The notes: generated by a model from the sequence alone, not told the origin. DNA of 64,000 nucleotides from Fistulifera solaris (GCA_030295235.1 AP026147.1:558001-622000); one strand, 5' to 3'; counted from the stretch's first letter, positions 47,081 to 59,210 are shown. Made by a program: numbers and translations.

Positions 47081-48294
47081 ATGAAGTTTACTCCTTGGAA
47101 GACCATGACAACAGGATCTACAATAATCGTGGGCCTCAATAGTGCTCTGCAAAGAGATTCATTCTTCCTCCTGATGATCATTTGGTGCCCGGAAATGTAC
47201 ACAGAGCCCGTTCCGTACAGCTCGGCGTAGGAGGAAAAGGACAAGATGTGGCGGTCACTTTGACGTGTTTACAGTATAGCGGCAGCTTAAAGTTGGCGCA
47301 ATTTGTGGGCAGTGGCGCCGAAGGAGACGCAGTGTACCGAATGTTGGTCGATCTCATGGGGGACGATGCGATGCAACTGACGGTACGACCCGCGGGAGGC
47401 ATGCGGACGTGTACGAGTATTGTAGCGGCGAATAGCACAACGGAATTGGTGGAACCTAGTGACTTGATAGAGGAGTCGGAAGTGGCGGAATTGATGTCCA
47501 AGCTGTCAGCCGAAACGACCTGCTCGGCGCTTTGTTTCTCGGGAAGTATGCCGCCCGGATGCCCAGTCGATACGTACGCTAGCATATATGATATTGTAGC
47601 GGGTGACCATACCATCTGTTTGATCGATACCGTCGTTGGTCTACCCGAACTTTTGCGAGCCATCTCGTTGAAACAAAGACACGGACAAACGATGCTGAAA
47701 ATCAACGCCTCCGAACTGTGTCGACTGGCGGGCGTGAAAACCACTGGAGCCGAGACAAGCGGAATATCCTCACAAGAAATCATGACTGCGATCAAAGCAT
47801 TTCTGTGTCAGCACAAACCTTATGCACAGCAAGCGCTGAGTGCCATTGCCATCACCGACGGAGCACATCCAGCATATCTCGCTACCATGCCCGTCGCCGC
47901 CGAGAATGAATTTCGAATATTTCAAATACCGGTAACAAACCTATTGACTGAGAAGAGGCCATTGCCGTGGGAAACGTGGAGCAGAGGAAGCTCAACGACA
48001 TTGTATCCGATTGGAGCCGGAGACGCTGTTGCAGCCGGAACACTAGCGGCTTGGAAATGTTTGAGTAGTGATGACCAGCAGTCATCGTCTCTTCCACCTG
48101 AATTAAGTGCTGTTCTCCAGGATGACAGGGTCCCTTCCACACGCGCACTGCTGTCGGCGTTTTCGTTCGGGTTGGCGTGTGGAACAGCCAGCTGCCTCCA
48201 AGAACAAAATTCAGTTTTGAAGCCTCAGGATGTGTTACATTTCTTCAATCGTGGAGGTCGTCCCGCATTCCTGGCATGTGATGTTATCTGCTAA
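47081..48294 (+). CDS. PfkB/ribokinase-family sugar kinase, FruK/LacC-like
   Basis: IIVGLNSALQ, GGKGQDVA, RTCTSI, LCFSGSMPPG, LKINASEL, PIGAGDAVAAG. Indel at an A run near 47152 links the 5' end. Confidence 0.85.
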
Positions 48295-49016
48295 TGATTA
48301 TTTTGTATTTTTAGATGTTTCAACTACTGCTCTCTATAGTTCTTAAGGACACGTTTCTGACTTTTACTTAGATTAGCCTGGTATTGAGACAGACGAAATA
48401 TCATGCGGTTTCCCGATAAATAAATGCCTGATCCTTGTGATTCACTTTGCTAGAGCCAAAAGTAATGTTGTTGTTAGCTAAAGAGAACAGAACACGTACG
48501 TCCGTCGCGTTATTCGCAGGAATCGGAATCGGAACTCCGCCGCCAAAGAATAATTCTCGCTTGAGTATGCTGCATCAAATCGTACCGGTACTACTAGGTG
48601 CTTAACATTTCAGACGTTTTCTGTAGTATATCAAACAAAGTATTCTTGTGTTTTCATTAAGTAAGTACGAAACCTGATTTTGGTTCTAAGAAATTTGGCG
48701 GGCGGTGTCCGGTGTCAGCGGAGGTGTCGCGAAGTTCATTCAAAAAAAGTGCAACCTAACTCATTTTCACGACACGACGTGTGAGAACTAGTTGCGTTGG
48801 TGCATTCGTATCGGCGAGACGACACTCGTTGGAACAAACGAATTTGATACCCCGTTTTAGTACTGCGACAGACGTTCTGCCGCAAGTGGATGAGAGCCAG
48901 AGGCGCAAAAGAAGACTTGTACAGAAAAAACTCGAAAGAATGAATTATTTTACGAATCAACAGGAAGCAGAGCATGATGAGGACGATCTCCCTTTGCTTT
49001 ATCACAAGAAGAGCCA

Positions 49017-50227
49017 TTGCAAATATGTCAACACAGTCCGCGCGATTCCGTTGCTTCGAAATCATGTTCATCGTGTCACGCAGTTCCTTTGGAAGAAACA
49101 AGTTCGGCGCTGCCGCAACTTGCTTCCTCGATTCTCAGCAATCCAACCGACGGAGAAAGTCAGCATTCTTCTCCAACACACAGTGAGTTGTATACATCCG
49201 CGTCACTGTCTCATGCCGATTCTCGCTGTTTGGATGCTGCAGCGTCTCTGCTTTTCCCCAATTCGTCAATGATGTCGAGTTTACCTTTCTCACATCCGAC
49301 GGTTGCTGATTCAACATCGTTGTGCAGCACAACGGATACCGACTTTTCGCAACTGTTGAAACGAGCCGACGCATCTGTGAAGTCACCACGGTCTGTGATA
49401 CGGACTTTACCGGCATTACCCGAGGACACGTCTTCGAACAGTCCGACCGCATCCACCGTGAACAGTCCGCCGAATGTACCTCGAACTCCTCCATTTTCGT
49501 CACCCAACAGGATGCCAACACAGACGACAGCCATTGTGGAAGGATTGGCTTCTACTACCATATACACGGATCAACGCTTGGCATCACTTGCTGGAGCTAC
49601 GGCGAGACGAACTTCCGCAAACTCGTTTGTGGTGGCCATTGAAATCATGTCGAATGAAAACAGTATTTTGGATATTTTGGGAAATCCTACGATGTTATCT
49701 CTGTGGTGCGATGCCGTGCCATCACTGGTTGTAACAGAATGCAGTGCTTCTTCGCGGCGAGATCGACAACAGGATGCCGAATGGATGGAAGCTACGACTC
49801 CGTACGTGATTCCTCCTCCCAATTTGAGCTGTGTGTATTCGCTCTTTCGGACCATACAGAGTTCCTTGGGCTTTCCTTCGTTTGGTCGTATCACCATGCT
49901 GGTGGAACGACAGCGAAAGCAGGTGGCAGTGACGGTGGGAACATTGGATGGAGGCATTGACGTGTATCACAAGCTGGCAGTGCAGTCGCTGTCGGGCGGG
50001 AAAGTGCGCGTCACCGACGAAGTTCGACTGCAATATGCGGATGAAAGGAGTAGTTGGAGCTCGTTGCAATCGCTCTTTTACCGGATATAGGGGATCACAT
50101 GAATCAAGCCGTCAGTAGCATGGCTCGACTTCGTTTTCTGGTGGAACGCGGTGAACATCCAGCGTGTATCGGCTACACTCCACCAGTACTTCCTGATGAT
50201 GATGATAATATGACACCACTATTGTAA
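49017..50227 (+). CDS. Hypothetical protein, Ser-rich N-terminus, possible SRPBCC/START-like C-terminus
   Basis: 357-aa ORF. ILDILGNPTMLSLWC...ITMLVER...VRVTDEV pattern, with coding-like continuation (AVSSMARLRFLVERG) to ~50227. Start uncertain, possibly 48940. Confidence 0.55.
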
Positions 50228-50687
50228 AGAAAAATGAATCATTCTAGGTTACAAAAGTTGTAAATTGGTTGTAAAAGGATGATTTCTCTAGCTGAGGGCC
50301 TGGTGCATTTATGATTTAGGACTGAAATAATCCAGTCGTGCGATATGTCTCTTACATTCTCGTTGATACAAAAACCTATTTACGTTATAGAGATCGTATC
50401 GGTATTCACGATTACGGTGCAAGTCTACAGTTTTTGAAATAGAACGCTTCTCAACGTTCTTTTCAAACTATAATTAGACGGCAAAAATTGACGACCGACA
50501 ACGACGAAGATGATGAGCAACAACAAAACATCAACGACAAAAGCCAACAGCAAACCTACCATTCCTTCTTGTTAGTGGTAGTAGACAATCAAAGCTCCTG
50601 TTGTTGTGTCTTTCATTGCCTCTTTTAGTTTCTCAACGATAAGATTGCGCAATAGAACAGTCGTCACTTACGTAAAAACAATCAATC

Positions 50688-51943
50688 ATGTCCAGAGCCA
50701 CCGATGCCGCCGTCGGTGAGTTTATATAAAGGAATGCCTTTGTCTGTTTCTTCGCTATCTCACCCTTTCTTCTATTGATTCACGCAGGCATGATGGACGC
50801 GGCTTACTTTATTGGACGTCGCGAATTGTTGGACTTTTTCAACACGTTACTGGAACTCAATTTAACCAAAATTGAAGAGACGGCCACCGGTGCGGTGGCG
50901 TGTCAAATGACGGAAATGATCTTTCCGGGAAGTATTCCCATGGCACGTGTCAATGGGGAAGCTCGTTCGGATTACGAATTCGTGCAGAATTATAAATTGT
51001 TACAGAATGCTTTCAATAAGCACAATGTACAAAGGTACGTGTAGACTAGTACAAGAAAAGTGTGTGCTGCGAGGGTCCACGAAAAGACCTTGTATTTTTT
51101 TTTTCAACGAGACGTCTCATGCCACTCTTCCTCATGCGACAAGATTCGTGGATGTCAATAAACTAATACGCGCCAAGTATCAAGACAATCTAGAGTTCTG
51201 TCAGTGGCTCAAAGCGTTTTACGATCAATCGGGTGTCTTTCGTGATGATTATGATCCCATGGCCGTCCGTGCGAAAGGAAAAGGTGGAAAAGCGTACAAT
51301 GCCAAATTGAATACGAAACGAGGAATCGTCAAAGCCAAGCCGCGTCCGGTCGGGCATTTGGGGATCCCCAAAACCAATCCGGTTGTCGGATCCAAACCGG
51401 AAGCAGCCTCGAAAGCTGCCGCACGACCCAATCGTCCCATTCGTCCCCGATTGAGTGAAGAGAGTGACGAATCTCTTTTGATCGACACGAAAGCATTGAA
51501 CGGCGGATCCGATGCACTGGCGAAAGAAAACGAACGATTGACGGAAGAAAAGAATGCCCTCGTGGAAGAAAATGAAACCTTGAGCAGTCAAGTGGCCGAA
51601 CTGACCACGACCGTTACGACCTTGGAAGAAGCCGTCCTCGAGACCGAACAAGAACGGCAGTTCTATTTTGACAAATTGAGGAATGTCGAAGTGTTATTGC
51701 AAGTGTATCAAGAAAGTAATACCAGTCTGGATGTCGAAACAAGTGCATTAATGGACAAAATCTTCAAAATATTGTATGCGGTACGTTGTATTAGCGTTTG
51801 CTGTGACGGATCTTCCTCTCTTTTGGCTAATAATTACTGCATTTTCTTGACAACAGACAGCAGAAGACAATTACACTGTCAATGATGACGGAGAAGTAGT
51901 TGTTGCCAGTCTAGACCATTCCAATGCGGATGAAAGTGTTTAA
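50688..51943 (+). CDS. EB1: EB1/MAPRE microtubule plus-end binding protein, 4 exons
   Basis: CH domain AAYFIGRRELL...GAVACQ...NYKLLQ...KYQDNLEFCQWLK. EBH domain EQERQFYFDKLRNVEVLLQ. Introns ~50716-50788, 51036-51143, 51781-51857. Confidence 0.95.
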
Positions 51944-52018
51944 TAGAGTATCTGACTCGTCCTATGTGCGGTGGATTATCGCTTAGAATTCTTTATTAGG
52001 TTTGTTTAGGGTTACTGA

Positions 52019-54022
52019 CTATTCGCCATTGTTTTTGCCGTTCAACCATCTCAAGATTGCTTCTTCGACTAGAATAGCGTTTGCCTTGACATCCGCTACA
52101 GCGGTATCATCCTCGGCCCGATCATGAAATTGTTCGTAGCCAGGAACAATTTGAACTCCGCGTTGATCGTCTCGTCGTTTGCTTTGATGCACGCGATGGG
52201 CGTAGTCCTGTTCTAGTTGAATCAACGCACGCAACTGACTGTCGAGCCACTCAATTTCTGAAGATGAATCGCACAGAGGAAACTCGGTTTGTAGAAAGAA
52301 CTTTTGTAAAGTCCAATCATCGACAGTCGTTTCCCATGGACACGGTGGCCATTCCACATTACTTGTGTTGACAAGTTCGGGTGGCATGATCGAAGACGCT
52401 AACTCAGACTGCAATAGAATTGTGCCGTTTCGTTGCAGTCCATTGTCAACGATAAATTGCCATAAACCTCGCAATGCAAACATTTGTATGCAATTCGTGT
52501 ACGCTTCAACACCAGCCAAACGTCCCCTTTCGGACAATCGATTGGCCCCCAAACCAGGAATTTCGGTTTCCGAATAAATGGACACCGACGACGCTGGCGA
52601 AAGCAATGCCTGTCGGGCGTGCCAACAGAGACTGGCCGTTTCCGCGCGCAGAATCTTCCATCCCGTATAGTCTAAATGTCGTTGGGCTTTTCGCCGCGTC
52701 GCATATTTGGCTTCGTTCCGCGCCAATGTATACGGCGAACTCCGCAACAACCACCCCGGCAGAATATCGTTGCCTTCTCCACTCGCAACAATCAATGAAA
52801 AAGGCATGGTCACACGTTGGGGCGGTAGAGTCGTCCCGGCGGCTACCAACGTATACGGCGCGGACGAAAGATCGACGGGAAATTTAATGACCGTCGACAA
52901 TCCCTAAAAGACACCTTCTCCGGCCGTGCATTCCTGGTCGGGCAATCGGCCTGTATGATTCGAACCAACGTTGGCACCATAACCAACATTTCCGCGTCCC
53001 AATGGCCACAAACATCCGATTAGCAGTGATTGATGATGGGCGTTGGTGTTGGGTCCGACGATCGACGCATGTACCTCTCCCGCCGATACATGCACATCGG
53101 GACCGAGAATTGTTGAAACGACCAAACTGTGGGGACCGGCTTGGGCTTCTTCCATGAGTAACGTGTCCGAGACCGAAGAATGTTCCACAATGCACGCATT
53201 CCATTGCAGCATGACATTTTGAACCGTGGATCCCGAAGCGATCTTTGAGTGGGGCAACAAAATGGCATTCGAAATAGATGTAGCACCTTGTATAGACGCG
53301 TGCGGGTGCAAATAAATGGATTCAAGTGTTGGAGTATCTCGCACCAATGCATGTTGGTCCACAATATTCATGTGAATCATTCCGGATGGATGCGTCTTAT
53401 GCAAAGCCGAGGCTTTCATTTGTTGCACGACGTGTGGCATATCGACTTCGGGATGCACCGTAATAGGCCGCCCTCCTCCTCGTTCGGCACCGACGGTAAT
53501 CGTCATGAGACCTAAATGATCGTTAGAAGACCAATCGATGGTTCCGCAATTGATGATCGTCGCAAACGGACCAATATACGTGTTGCAAATGGATGTGTTG
53601 CGATATACTTTGGCTCGCAAATCAATAATGGAATTCGATATCAACAAATTGGAGTGCAAACCGGGAGGAAGTTTCTTTATCCACGTCGGATTTTCCGTAG
53701 AGTCCTCTTCCTCGTCTACGAAAACGAGTATAGCAGTATCAGCGAATCGAGTCTCCTGAATGACATTAGACAGACCGATTGCGTGACTTTCGTTGATTGT
53801 TGCTGTCGGCGTCACCAATCGTACTTGACTCCAATCTTCACACGAACAGGACTGCTGTTGTAGTGCGTCAATTTCGTCCGAAAACAATCCGCGCATCGAT
53901 TGTTGCTCCGAGACGCTTTGAATTTCCGAAGATGACGACCAAGCGAGTGAAAGCAAATGTTGACATGTTTCGATGCGTGTCGTTCGTTCGTTGCCGCTTT
54001 GCAGAAAATCAGGATGTGTCAT
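52019..54022 (-). CDS. DUF4954-like / left-handed beta-helix (GlmU-like) protein
   Basis: Hexapeptide-like repeats, then GPNTNAHHQSLLIG...GNVGYGANVGSNHTGR...GEGVF(F)GLSTVIKFP. The two ORFs join by one base at 52906-52909. Confidence 0.7.
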
Positions 54023-54357
54023 GTTTCAAGACGTCTTGTTTCGAATGAAATGAATTGAAATGAAATGAATGACAAGAAGGAGATTGTTGGAATGAGCTTT
54101 CGTCTTTCAATGACTTTTCATTGTTGTGCTGCAATAATAAATAAATACTCCGTACGTAGTAACTAGTAATGCGAAGGGTGACGATAATTAGTTTGTGACT
54201 CTATTATAAGTAGTACTTACAAATGTCACAGTGTCGTTTTCCTCGGCGTAATAGAACTTTTATCTCATCAAACTGGATTATTTTCTTCTTTTCTCGTGTA
54301 GTTTCACTACTTAATACATTCAACAAATAAATGCATGCCCCTGTCATCGAACAAGGA

Positions 54358-55248
54358 TTACTTGGTCTCTTCTGATGCAGCCGCCGCCGCCATTTGACTC
54401 TTGGCCCACATGGGCAAATTTTCTACATCCTTCAACCACATGTCTTCTTCCGGGGTATTCGTACGTCCCTTGACGAAATTACGATGCGGATAACGACCGA
54501 AGCGTTCAATGACTTGGGAATGATCCAACGCCATTTCACGTTGAATCTTCCACATGTTGGCAAATTGGGGTGGTGACATGGCTTCGGCCTTTTCCATAAC
54601 TTTCAAAATGGTCTGATGATCTTCCAACGATTCCGAATGCATAAAGGCGGTATTCAGAAAGACGGTATACGGCAAATAGATTTCACCGTCGGTGTTACCG
54701 TCTTCCGATAAGAACAAATCGGCCACTTGCCGAGCACGTTGCAACGCGACGGGATCGTAGGCAAATGCCTCCAAACTCCCACGGAAACAGTTGCGAGACA
54801 GTTGATCGCATAAAATGATTTCGCTCATGTAATCATCGATGCGACTCGTCGTGAGAGGCTGCGCGCTTTGCATCGACTCGTTGGGAAGAAAGGTGCCCTT
54901 CCCGGCGGCACGAATCGCTTCGGTAAAAGTCGATTGACACAACTGATCGTATTCGGGTAACCCTTTCCACCACAAATCATTCATGGCTTGAAGACAGTGG
55001 CCCTGTCGAAGACCCGTCTCGATCGATTCTGGATCTTGAAAGTTGACACCAAAAAAGAACGATAAGACCGATTCAGGTGTCATGGGATTTTGTACGGCGG
55101 CTTGAATAAACGGCTGGCCGACAAATTCAGCAAATGAAAGAGGTTGCGTCATGGTATCAGTCGTCGTTGTGAATGTACGGTGAGTTCGAATAGTGTAACG
55201 ATGAAGACTTATTGGTAAACGACCGGAAAGGAAAGATCGCAAGATCAT
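54358..55248 (-). CDS. DUF924-family protein
   Basis: ILCDQLSRNCFRG, AFAYDP, FMHSESLEDH, IERFGRYPHRN..GR..TPEE. Mitochondrial-like presequence. Confidence 0.9.
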   Translation of the reverse strand: MILRSFLSGRLPISLHRYTIRTHRTFTTTTDTMTQPLSFAEFVGQPFIQAAVQNPMTPESVLSFFFGVNFQDPESIETGLRQGHCLQAMNDLWWKGLPEYDQLCQSTFTEAIRAAGKGTFLPNESMQSAQPLTTSRIDDYMSEIILCDQLSRNCFRGSLEAFAYDPVALQRARQVADLFLSEDGNTDGEIYLPYTVFLNTAFMHSESLEDHQTILKVMEKAEAMSPPQFANMWKIQREMALDHSQVIERFGRYPHRNFVKGRTNTPEEDMWLKDVENLPMWAKSQMAAAAASEETK

Positions 55249-55385
55249 GCACTTTTTCTTCTCCTGTTCACTCGCTCCTCTTTATCAGCGATAAGATATT
55301 GATCGTTTTTATGATAAGAAGGTGAATGATCGTCGTCGATGTTCGACACTTCAGAATCGAACAACCACAAAGGAACAAAATCGAA

Positions 55386-55412
55386 GTCGTCGTCGTCGTC
55401 GTCGTCGTCGTC
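55386..55412. repeat. (GTC)9 microsatellite
   Basis: Read directly, 28 bp left of the satellite. Confidence 0.9.
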
Positions 55413-55440
55413 GCGGTGCAAAAAAGATCGCGCGACCCAC

Positions 55441-56142
55441 TCATGACTGAAAGGCTGTCCTACGAGAAAAAAAGTAATCTACACTAAAGTGTATAGTACT
55501 TGGAGCACTCATGACTGAAAGGCAAAGAGCTGTTATAGCTCTTTGTTGAAAGGCTGTCCTACGAGAAAAAAAGTACTTGTAATTTACACTAAAGTGTATA
55601 GTGCTTGGAGCTCTCATGACTCATGACTGAAAGGCTGTCCTACGAGAAAAAAAGTAATCTACACTAAAGTGTATAGTACTTGGAGCACTCATGACTGAAA
55701 GGCAAAGAGCTGTTATAGCTCTTTGTTGAAAGGCTGTCCTACGTCCTACGAGAAAAAAGTACTTGTAATTTACACTAAAGTGTATAGTGCTTGGAGCTCT
55801 CATGACTCATGACTGAAAGGCTGTCCTACGAGAAAAAAAGTAATCTACACTAAAGTGTATAGTGCTTGGAGCACTCATGACTGAAAGGCTGTCTTACGAG
55901 AAAAAAGTAATCTACACTAAAGTGTATAGTGCTTGGTGCACTCATGACTGAAAGGCTGTCCTACGAGAAAAAAAGTAATCTACACTAAAGTGTATAGTAC
56001 TTGGAGCACTCATGACTGAAAGGCTGTCCTACGAGAAAAAAGTAATCTACACTAAAGTGTATAGTACTTGGAGCACTCATGACTGAAAGGCTGTCCTACG
56101 AGAAAAAGTAATCTACACTAAAGTGTATAGTGCTTGGTGCAC
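55441..56142. repeat. Tandem satellite of a ~68-bp monomer, 9 units in order A-B-A-B-A-A-A-A-A
   Basis: A = TCATGACTGAAAGGCTGTCCTACGAGAAAAAAAGTAATCTACACTAAAGTGTATAGT(A/G)CTTGG(A/T)GCAC. B (112-118 bp) carries insertions. Units start at 55441, 55509, 55621, 55689, 55807, 55875, 55942, 56010 and 56077. Confidence 0.97.
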
Positions 56143-56562
56143 ACAACACGACGCGCGGCATATCGACATGATTATCTTCCGTAGCATCAAAAAAATGGGA
56201 GAATTGTGATGAAATGTGATGATGCCAGCTGTAGGTATCAAGGTAACTCAACGACATGAAGATTTATGAACAGTTTAGTTCGGGACTATATTCATCATTC
56301 GTGACTGTATGCAGTCGTGGTTTTGTTCCGCGAGAGTCGAGACCAAGAAAGTTGGAGGCTCTATGGTACTGTACTTGTACTCCGGATAAGTTCGCCCATC
56401 TGGGCTCTTCGACGTAAGTAACTATAGTTGTACACAAAACCGGTTGAATAGATAATGACGGTCGTAGTTTACCATGTTAATAAGACAATGGAATTTTAAT
56501 GTGCAAGCTGGCTCAGAGAAAATCGCGATAATTCACCTTTTTGAGCTCTTTCGTTTCAAGCT

Positions 56563-57633
56563 TTAGGCGCGCTTTGCTTTTTTAGTCTCCGCAGCTGCAC
56601 TCGTTATCATAGATACTCCGCATCGCGCAATACGATACGCGAAATACGTTTGTAACGAAATCCATAAAGGCAAGCCGGCGGCAACTACATCCATAACCCA
56701 ACGGACCGTCTGCAAGCTGCTTCGATCGTTGACATTCGGAAAATCTTGTTGTCGCAATGCATCGTTATCAACACCGAGAAATTGTAGCAAAGGAGCCCAA
56801 CCTTGTTTAACATTAAACACCAACAGTCGATCCGGAGGAAGTGTCTGCTGACATCGTTTTAGAAAATCCTGATGTAACGCAATCCATCGTTCTTTCTGAC
56901 CTGGATCATCGACAATGGCCGGATGATGCAATATCTCAAACCACGGCAGTGGACGATAAATGTGTTCCGGATACTGCGAGTGCGTGCGGGGGAAATCTTC
57001 CAAAATGGTCAAAAGCTGCTCGGGGAAATCAAAATTTCCAATGAGCCATTTCCACGGCCGACAAATCAAATGCCCCATCAAGTGTGTAATATCCGACCAT
57101 GATTCGAACCACTTATCTTCATTGTCACGCACGGTAAAGAGTACTTTCGCATTAGGTCGCAACTCCGCCAAGGGCAAAGCAAATAAATTGACGGGAAAAT
57201 CCAGTGTCGCAGTATACCCTTCCGCTTCAATATCTTTCAGTAGAGCTTCTAGTTCGGTGAGATTATGGTACTGCTTGTAGTCTTCTGCCGCTCTCAACCA
57301 TCGCGGAATGTGTTCACTGTGTTCTAACATGGAACGCGTGTCGTAAACTTTGTGACCCAAGATTTTGAGCGCTTCTTCCGTCGACTTGGTCCCCGACCGA
57401 GCAAAGCCGGCTCCCAACACTTGCATGCCTTTATTGCTCGCTGAATCATCATCAATATGGGAACTGTGTTTGCGTCGGACAAAATCCAAAACAAATTCAA
57501 AAGCACCGGCGAGTTTGCTGCGTGATTGTTGTTGTTGTTGTTGTTGCTGTTGCGCCGCGACGGCGAGGAGACAACAACTGCCCACGAGTAAAGCTGTTGT
57601 GGTGTAACTGCTTTTCCAAGAATAATGATTCAT
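56563..57633 (-). CDS. Sulfotransferase-like P-loop protein (Sulfotransfer_4 type)
   Basis: VLGAGFARSGTKS, ATLDFP, KVLFTVRD..KWFES, LLVFNVKQGWAPLLQFLG...FPNVN. N-terminal polyQ and C-terminal TM. Confidence 0.88.
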   Translation of the reverse strand: MNHYSWKSSYTTTALLVGSCCLLAVAAQQQQQQQQQSRSKLAGAFEFVLDFVRRKHSSHIDDDSASNKGMQVLGAGFARSGTKSTEEALKILGHKVYDTRSMLEHSEHIPRWLRAAEDYKQYHNLTELEALLKDIEAEGYTATLDFPVNLFALPLAELRPNAKVLFTVRDNEDKWFESWSDITHLMGHLICRPWKWLIGNFDFPEQLLTILEDFPRTHSQYPEHIYRPLPWFEILHHPAIVDDPGQKERWIALHQDFLKRCQQTLPPDRLLVFNVKQGWAPLLQFLGVDNDALRQQDFPNVNDRSSLQTVRWVMDVVAAGLPLWISLQTYFAYRIARCGVSMITSAAAETKKAKRA

Positions 57634-58133
57634 TGTGAATGTAATTATTTATAGACCTGTGAAATGAAGGATGCTTTTTTCATTGTCATTCGTCGCACAT
57701 GAAGCATCTAAACATGCGCGTCGCATGAGTGTACCAGTAAAATGTGCAATGCGCGGTCGCCGCAAATTCTGGTTCTTGAGCACGTTCTGTACTTGGGGCA
57801 TAAAACTAGCTAATGTGTTTGCTAATGTTCTTGGATGTTCCGAAGACCACTGTACGACTTTTCAGTGACGTACGACGCACGTGTCGCAGTAGGAATGAAA
57901 AAACTGCGACGATGCACAAAAAACAAAAATGAAACCGAAACCGATGAGCCCCTTGATGAGCCCAGCACGATATGAGATAAATGATGGTTGATGATAGCTT
58001 TGTGGATCAGTTTCCGACACTTATACGAAACGACTAGAAGTAATTCAAACACAAAACGCTGAAAGTCAAGCCGCTGTCGTTTGTATTCATCCCCCTTTCG
58101 AGCAGTCTTCGATAACTTGTATCGGATCGAATC

Positions 58134-59210
58134 ATGATGACGTCGATACGCATCACAACGTCCTTCACCTTTGCCGCGTTGCTTTTGATGACTTGTCACA
58201 AGGTCGTCGAAGCGTTTGTTCCTCAAAAATATCAACAATCGACCTTGTCGCACAAAATGGCCTTGAATGATTATCTTTCCTCGCTTTCTTCTCCTTCGTT
58301 TTCAACATCAGCGGTGCTAGCGCCTCATCCTTCCTCCGTCGCACCCACGCCATCGGTTACTCGTAAGTCTTATGCCTTACAATTAAAACAAGCAAATCCT
58401 TCTTATCAGTCCTAACTGAATCACTTTATCGTATCACTCTTTCATTTTCTTCTTTTTTTCATTCGATAGCAGATAGTCCAACAGACACTTCTTATTTTTC
58501 ACACGCCCCGCTCTCTGTTTTCGCTCTCGATCAATTGAAAACCAAAGGACCGCGGGCCAATGCCGATGTCGGTCAACCCTGGGATGCGAGTCGTTCTTTT
58601 TATGATGATGATATCATGGCATCGGGAAGTTGGTGGTGTGCCCAGGTGGATGGCCGTCTCCGAAACAACGCACGACGACCGAAATCTTTTATGTGTTGCA
58701 CGGACACGGATGTTTGACAGATCTGGATGGCACGCGACATTACTTTGGTCCCGGTGATACCGTGATTTTGCCCAAGGGATGGAGTGGACGATGGGATGTT
58801 TTGGAAGCGATTCATAAAGTATGGTTTGTGCACGAGCATCCCCACATCGAAGAGTCGTCGCAACCCATTCGGGTACGAATTGTGCCGTATCACATGGCGT
58901 CTCCGCAGTATTTGGTACACAAGGGTGTACGACCGGATGCGACCCACGGAGCGCCCCGTACCTCTTCGAGTGTATTGTACGATGTGGGTCCGACCGAAGT
59001 CGGCTTCTGGACGTGTACACCGGGATCGTTTCCGTGCCAACATCGTTCCACTACGGAATGCTTTCATGTCCTGGAGGGATTGTTCTTTTGACCAACGAGG
59101 ATGGTACAGCGCAACGGTGTCGAGCGGGTGACACGGTGGTATTACCGAAAGGTTGGTCGGGACATTGGGATGTGATCGAAACGGTCAAGAAACTATGGGT
59201 GGTGGTATGA
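58134..59210 (+). CDS. Plastid-targeted tandem Cupin_3 (EutQ/DUF861)-domain protein
   Basis: Presequence VEAF-VP. Intron 58363-58469. Two repeats EIFYVL.G...GDTVILPKGWSGRWDV and ECFHVLEG...GDTVVLPKGWSGHWDV. Two homopolymer indels (~58642, ~59088). Confidence 0.85.

Noticed and set aside
55441..56142. CRISPR array
   Set aside because: Units abut with no unique spacers, the only insert is repeated identically, no cas genes are present, and the context is eukaryotic.
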